Of a DNA stretch of 64,000 nucleotides, positions 59,114 through 64,000 are shown in pieces (within the stretch, counting starts at the first letter, position 1; every line of letters starts with the position of its first letter). The notes beneath the pieces are model-generated. The model made no database searches and was not told the DNA's origin. It saw only the letters and a list, made by a program, of their open reading frames with translations. Source of the DNA: an uncultured virus (IMG/VR IMGVR_UViG_3300040806_001404) (Duplodnaviria > Heunggongvirae > Uroviricota > Caudoviricetes); IMG/VR virus record IMGVR_UViG_3300040806_001404. One strand, written 5' to 3'. Position numbers and translations under genes: made by a program.

Positions 59114-59563
59114 TTATCTTAACCTTCTAAGTGGTATTTCAACGACTTGTTCTACGTTGATTCCTTTTATATTAAAAAAAACTTCTATAAGATATTCATT
59201 CCTAGGTACGTTATCAGTTATATCAATGCTTGTTACTGATACTCTTGGTTCATACTTTTGTATAACATCTCTTATATTATTTCTTAATTCTATATTTGTT
59301 ATTAACCCTGCAGGCTCAAAAAGTAATCCTCTTAAATTAGCTCCTAAATCATCTGCAAATGGTCTTTCATAAAAATTAGTTATAAGTAAATTTTTTATTG
59401 CATTTTTAATAGCAGCATCGTCTTTTAAAGGTATAATATCCTTTCTTATAGGATGTATCTTTAAAGATAAATCTAAGTCACGATGAGGTTTCTTTTTAGA
59501 TACAACTCGTGCTTGCTCTAAATCCCCTGATATTTGCTTGTCGCCTGTATATAATCCTGCCAT
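59114..59563 (-). CDS. gp25: baseplate wedge / sheath initiation protein
   Basis: DLDL, AIKN.IKNLL.T...ERPF...G..L..LLFE, YEPRV. Confidence 0.92.
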   Translation of the reverse strand: MAGLYTGDKQISGDLEQARVVSKKKPHRDLDLSLKIHPIRKDIIPLKDDAAIKNAIKNLLITNFYERPFADDLGANLRGLLFEPAGLITNIELRNNIRDVIQKYEPRVSVTSIDITDNVPRNEYLIEVFFNIKGINVEQVVEIPLRRLR

Positions 59564-59568
59564 ATATC

Positions 59569-59576
59569 TATTTATA
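59569..59576 (-). promoter_or_regulatory. T4 late promoter TATAAATA
   Basis: TATAAATA-GATAT-ATG; 20 bp identical to the gp3 start region. Confidence 0.85.
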
Positions 59577-59580
59577 CTCG

Positions 59581-60582
59581 TTAACTGCTTCCTTGCTCAA
59601 CTGTTGTGTTAGGAAGTTGACTTTGTGTATTATTAATTAATGTTTGTACTGATTCTGGTAAATCTATTGTTGATGGAAAGCCTATTACCTTTAAGTAATC
59701 ACAGAAACTAAATGTAATTAAATCAATTATGGCACCTAATCCTATGGCATTAAAAAAATCTTCAACCTTTTGAATCCATAGTTTTATAAGATATGTCTGC
59801 CATTCTTCTGTAAACTCTCTTGCTCTTTTTAATAATCTTTCTTTTTGAAACTCTGGTATTTCTACCTTATCATCAAACTCTCCGCCTAATAAATCTAATA
59901 AACTAAATCCAAATATTTGTACCTGTTCTAATTCTTCTATTGTTTTATCTCGTATTAAAGCTTCTAAATCTATTTCTTGTAAACCTGGAAACGATGGTAA
60001 TCCTAATGCGTCCCATATTTCATCAAATAAATCTATAAGACCAGAAAATCCACCAGTTAATAAGAGATTCATTTTCTTTGCAACTTCAGAACGTATATAA
60101 TTTGCTACAGTTTCTTTTTTAAAATCAGCTGTTTCAAACTTATCCCATATTTTATATTCATCTGGTATTAAATCATATATACTATCAATCTCTTCTAGTT
60201 TTATATTATCTAAAACACTACTTGGGTCAGTTAAAAAATCAATTATATTAATTTGTATGCCTAATATAGTTACGTTAAATTCAATAGGAAACAAAGTATT
60301 TATTAATTCAAGTATTTGTTTTTGTACATACATTGGAAAATCAGCTGATAACTTCGTTATCATTAATTCCCATTCTATTTCTGGTATTTCTATCTTTTCA
60401 AACTTAGGGTCGACAGAACTTATTAACTTTCTTGTATCTTCAAGAGTTTTTTTTAATTCATCAATCTCATAACGATAAGCATGTGTAGCCAATCCACTAA
60501 ATAAGTTTCTTAAATTAGCTGGAGTAGGTAATAAAACATCAGGACATTCTATTTGTGGCAATGATATACTTGGAGTTGTCAT
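59581..60582 (-). CDS. hypothetical acidic amphipathic-helical protein between gp5 and gp25
   Basis: 333-aa ORF whose start overlaps the gp5 stop; no motif recognised. Confidence 0.75.
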   Translation of the reverse strand: MTTPSISLPQIECPDVLLPTPANLRNLFSGLATHAYRYEIDELKKTLEDTRKLISSVDPKFEKIEIPEIEWELMITKLSADFPMYVQKQILELINTLFPIEFNVTILGIQINIIDFLTDPSSVLDNIKLEEIDSIYDLIPDEYKIWDKFETADFKKETVANYIRSEVAKKMNLLLTGGFSGLIDLFDEIWDALGLPSFPGLQEIDLEALIRDKTIEELEQVQIFGFSLLDLLGGEFDDKVEIPEFQKERLLKRAREFTEEWQTYLIKLWIQKVEDFFNAIGLGAIIDLITFSFCDYLKVIGFPSTIDLPESVQTLINNTQSQLPNTTVEQGSS

Positions 60583-61064
60583 TATATTATTCTAATCTTA
60601 CCAGTAGAAGTAAATTCTATATGTGAATTTGTTTTACCATGAGTTATTTTTATTTTTTCTGCGCCAGAAGTATTATCTAATTCAATCTTATGACCAGCTT
60701 TTGATTCATATACTTTATTATCTACTGATGCATCATTTGGTATATCTTTTGTACCATTTGTTTGTGTAGCAATTGAACCCATAACTATAGGGTCTTGAGC
60801 TGATGGTCCATCTGCAAAGAATCCTACAACCCATGAACCAACTTCTAAATGATGATTACTACCATTACCTTTTATAGATGCAGATGTAGTTGGCATCATA
60901 ACAGTTGCCCAAGGTAAATCGGCGACATTTTCTACACCGTCATAATAACCATAAGCATTTACTCTTACTCTATTTAAATTTTTACTATCATTAATATCTT
61001 TTACTTCACCAATAAACCAAGTAAAGACTCCATTTTTAAATTGGTCTACTTTTCTATCAAACAT
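60582..61064 (-). CDS. gp5: short baseplate central spike (gp5 OB-fold plus minimal beta region)
   Basis: F.WF.GEV.DI.D....RVRV..YGYY, LPWA.VMMP.TS, WV.GFF.DG..AQ.P.VMGS, GH.IELDNT.G.E. Confidence 0.85.
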   Translation of the reverse strand: MFDRKVDQFKNGVFTWFIGEVKDINDSKNLNRVRVNAYGYYDGVENVADLPWATVMMPTTSASIKGNGSNHHLEVGSWVVGFFADGPSAQDPIVMGSIATQTNGTKDIPNDASVDNKVYESKAGHKIELDNTSGAEKIKITHGKTNSHIEFTSTGKIRII

Positions 61065-62397
61065 TATTACCTCTTATTTGTTCTTCAATAAATGAATCTT
61101 TTTTAACTTTAGCATTTATATTATAACCTTCTTTACTAAAATGATGAGTAAGACTTGATACGAGATATGCTCCACTTACATAATTATCAAATATCTCTCC
61201 ACTTGCTCCTTCTTTATTTCCTAATTCTTCTGATACATCAGCTTGTTTTAATATTCCAAGACTAATAATTAAACCAGGCGCAAGGTTAAAATCGCCAGTT
61301 AATTTAAGGTCTACTATAGTAGTATCTAAATTATTAATACTCATTCTACTTCTTAATAATGCTTTATCTTTAGTAGGGTTATGATAATTATCATAACTGT
61401 CAAATGCATTATCATTATATGTTATCCAATGTTGTTTAAAATTTTTAAAATCAATAATTTTTTGACCATCAATAGTCATTTTATCATTAATTGGTGGAAA
61501 ACTATTTAATCTATGTCTAGGAGAATCATATTTATGAAGAATTTTATCTCTTGTTTTAGTTGATATATCTAATTTATTTAAAACAGCTGCAAAACTTCCT
61601 TTTTGAGAAGCTTCTAATTTAGAAACATTTAATGAAGATGTCATTTTTTGTATTTTTAATCTTTCTTCTTCAAACATTTTTTCTTCTTTACTATTATACA
61701 TAGTTTCTTGTGGTACTGGATTTCTATTATATTGACCATAGATACTATTTTGATTAAGTATTGAAGCGTATGAAGATAAAACTAATCCATATTTAGCTGA
61801 TTCATAAAAATATATTTGTGTACCATCATCAAAAGAATTTCTTAAAATCCAACTAATAGCATCAAGTGGCTGTAAATTAGGATATATACCTTTAATAATA
61901 CCTTTTGTTGAACTACTTATTTGTAATTTTGAATCTAAATTAGTTTTTACTATTTGAGATACTAAAGCTCCAGGCGTTCCTTGAAACGCAGTATTTAAAA
62001 GCTTTTTACTATTTAAATACATATGTTTAGAAACACATATAAGAGTATATGACTTAGAACCTGGTGTTGGTTCAGAAAAATTTGCTACATCAGCAATATA
62101 AATTTCTAAATCAAATCCTTGGTCTCCAAGTTTTGGTTCTGTTCTTCCAATTATTAAATTAATTTTTTCATTACCAGATAATTTTAATTCATTTGTAAGG
62201 TTAGTTGAATCTACTAGAAAGATTTCTACTACTATACCTGAACGATGTAAACCTTCATGAATTTTTATATCATGAATAACTTCTTTTAATTCAACTTTAT
62301 GACCATTATTTGCTGTAATAATTGCTTGGTCAATACTATAACTTTTCGGAGACACCGATACATTATCTTTACCGATTGAATTATAATTATTGCTCAT
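61057..62397 (-). CDS. probable baseplate hub protein (gp27-like)
   Basis: Lies between gp53 and gp5; I.I.E, L.G.EKI, P.DAI.W, FYES, GD..L..G, SG.YLV..L.H motifs. Confidence 0.65.
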   Translation of the reverse strand: MSNNYNSIGKDNVSVSPKSYSIDQAIITANNGHKVELKEVIHDIKIHEGLHRSGIVVEIFLVDSTNLTNELKLSGNEKINLIIGRTEPKLGDQGFDLEIYIADVANFSEPTPGSKSYTLICVSKHMYLNSKKLLNTAFQGTPGALVSQIVKTNLDSKLQISSSTKGIIKGIYPNLQPLDAISWILRNSFDDGTQIYFYESAKYGLVLSSYASILNQNSIYGQYNRNPVPQETMYNSKEEKMFEEERLKIQKMTSSLNVSKLEASQKGSFAAVLNKLDISTKTRDKILHKYDSPRHRLNSFPPINDKMTIDGQKIIDFKNFKQHWITYNDNAFDSYDNYHNPTKDKALLRSRMSINNLDTTIVDLKLTGDFNLAPGLIISLGILKQADVSEELGNKEGASGEIFDNYVSGAYLVSSLTHHFSKEGYNINAKVKKDSFIEEQIRGNNV

Positions 62398-63173
62398 GTG
62401 TTAATTAATTCTTTAAATGATTTTACAAAATTAGCCATACTAGCTGGCTCAATAATCCTTATTTTAGAGTTATTATCATTTGATTCTTCAAGATGTTGTC
62501 TATTAGTTACAAAAGATAAATTAGCAGGTGATACACCACCAACAATGTGGTCACTATTAGTCACTGGTTTTTTAAGAGCATCGTCTGTTCTGTAATAATA
62601 GTATGGTGCGTCAATGTATTTGTATACATTATAAGTAGAAACTGAATCTTCTGATGTTGCTCCTACAATTAATTCTTTAGCTCCGTTTGATGAACCTATA
62701 AATGTTCCTGTTGTATTTTGTACAATTAACTGACTTAAATCAACTATTTTTTTCGTAACTTTTCCAGTTGCGCTACTTACTGAACCAGTAACTGTTTCGC
62801 CCATTTTAAATCTACCAGATAAACTATTTTCATGATTATTAAGTACTTTAGGATTAGTTTCTATTGCAAATCCATTATATGATGTTGCCATATAATTTTG
62901 AAGTGCTTCTTGACTCATTGGCCAAGCTCTATATCCATCATGTAAATGGTCATTGACAAGAAAGAATGTCCAATAATACATAGATGTACCATATATTCTA
63001 CTTGATACTAAATCAGGTCTTTCTCCATTTTTAATATTATAAAATCGATAGCCTGAAAAGTTATCTAAAAAAGATGGTAATGGTCTTACACTTCTAAATA
63101 AATCGACCATATTTTGTTTAATACCGGTACGATTAAAATCATATTGTACTTTTGGAAATTGTTTAAAAAACAT
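62394..63173 (-). CDS. gp53: baseplate wedge component
   Basis: FF..FP...Y, I..GERPD.VS..IYG...YYWTFFLVN, WP.S, E..N....IRII. Confidence 0.88.
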   Translation of the reverse strand: MFFKQFPKVQYDFNRTGIKQNMVDLFRSVRPLPSFLDNFSGYRFYNIKNGERPDLVSSRIYGTSMYYWTFFLVNDHLHDGYRAWPMSQEALQNYMATSYNGFAIETNPKVLNNHENSLSGRFKMGETVTGSVSSATGKVTKKIVDLSQLIVQNTTGTFIGSSNGAKELIVGATSEDSVSTYNVYKYIDAPYYYYRTDDALKKPVTNSDHIVGGVSPANLSFVTNRQHLEESNDNNSKIRIIEPASMANFVKSFKELINT

Positions 63174-64000
63174 TATGCATCTCCTGTATTTACATTTTTA
63201 TCTGTGGCAATAAATGGAGATGTTTCTGCAATATAATATCCAGATTCTCTTTCGTCAATAGAATCATCAGTGTCATATAAATCTTGACGTACAAGTACTC
63301 TTTCTTCCTGGAACCCTATAGTTAAATTAACTTCTAATGGAGCGCCACTATCTTTATGCATTGCTGTGCTTCCTTCATTAAATGTTGATTCTAAAGAAGT
63401 TATATAACATGGTTTTATTTTTGGCATATATTGATTTATACCACCATTAGAATAAAATTGTATATCAATTAATGGTGGATATACTAAAGCAACTGAACCA
63501 GCTCTCTTTGGATATAAAAATTTTCTAAAAGTTCTTTCAATTCTTTTAGCCATATCACTTTCTCTTTCATTTTCAGCAATTAATTTAAAACTAAAACTAA
63601 AAGTTCTTACATTTGTGCTTTCATATGCAGTTCTTGTATATGGATTTGTAGCAATACCTAGATTAATAGCACCAGCACTTGTTATTTTATCAATAGTGCT
63701 TGACCCTCCTAGTAATTTATCTTTGCCCATCATAGCAAATGCTCCAACATCAGCATTTGTTATATTAGGACCTTGGCCGCTTGCCGCGCTTTTTAATAAA
63801 TTTAAACCACCTCTTATACTACCAACATCAAAATTAGCGTAATTTGCGCCATCTGAAACAGAAAATCCAGGAGGTTGATATAAATATATTGCTACTCTTT
63901 CTGTAGCCGTAACAGGTTTAATACCAAATCGTATAAATGGTAAACCAGTTTCTTGAGCAGACCCATTTAAGTCTATAGGATAGCTATAATGATGAAGTCT
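63173..64000 (-). CDS. gp48: baseplate tail-tube cap, 5' end outside the window
   Basis: Frame is open to the window end (..YSYPIDL..FIRF..IYLYQP..); NPY....E....RTFSFSFKL...NE.ES, YPP, PLEV.LTI.FQE. Confidence 0.8.
   Translation of the reverse strand, partial: RLHHYSYPIDLNGSAQETGLPFIRFGIKPVTATERVAIYLYQPPGFSVSDGANYANFDVGSIRGGLNLLKSAASGQGPNITNADVGAFAMMGKDKLLGGSSTIDKITSAGAINLGIATNPYTRTAYESTNVRTFSFSFKLIAENERESDMAKRIERTFRKFLYPKRAGSVALVYPPLIDIQFYSNGGINQYMPKIKPCYITSLESTFNEGSTAMHKDSGAPLEVNLTIGFQEERVLVRQDLYDTDDSIDERESGYYIAETSPFIATDKNVNTGDA

Noticed and set aside
63173..63733. gp48 as a 186-aa protein starting at 63733
   Set aside because: The frame stays open to the window end with gp48-like N-terminal sequence, so the true start lies outside the window.
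606..63842. Plus-strand ORFs in the six-frame track (e.g. 1080-1520, 14271-14669, 25037-25468, 41628-42071)
   Set aside because: They are antisense shadows of well-supported minus-strand genes, with no recognisable motifs.

Overview
A 64-kb segment of an AT-rich T4-like myovirus genome with the gene order typical of marine T4-likes. Every credible gene is on the minus strand. In transcription order (right to left) it contains the baseplate (gp48, gp53, hub, a very short gp5, an unknown 333-aa protein, gp25, gp6, gp7, gp8, VrlC-like), then a ~26-kb block of at least 8 large fibre/receptor-binding genes with small accessory genes. These are followed by neck/terminase (gp13-17), a RimK-like ATP-grasp ligase, tail and head genes (gp18-23), gp3, uvsY, uvsW, gp55, gp47/46, tRNA-Ala(UGC) and a truncated HEXXH/VWA protein. 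Regulatory sites are unusually clear: four sigma70-type TTTAC(A/T)-N17-TATAAT promoters (one fires antisense with no gene behind it) and about 15 T4 late TATAAATA boxes, several fused directly to the start codon. The most striking signal is in five paralogous fibre genes. Unrelated ~170-330-bp modules are separated by a ~50-bp box (ERMRIDSSGNVGIGT.SP) that is conserved at the DNA level, including synonymous positions and a CAACGTTG palindrome. This suggests a recombination-based module-shuffling system for receptor-binding proteins. Gene calls come from motif recognition and synteny, not database searches, and the host cannot be determined.
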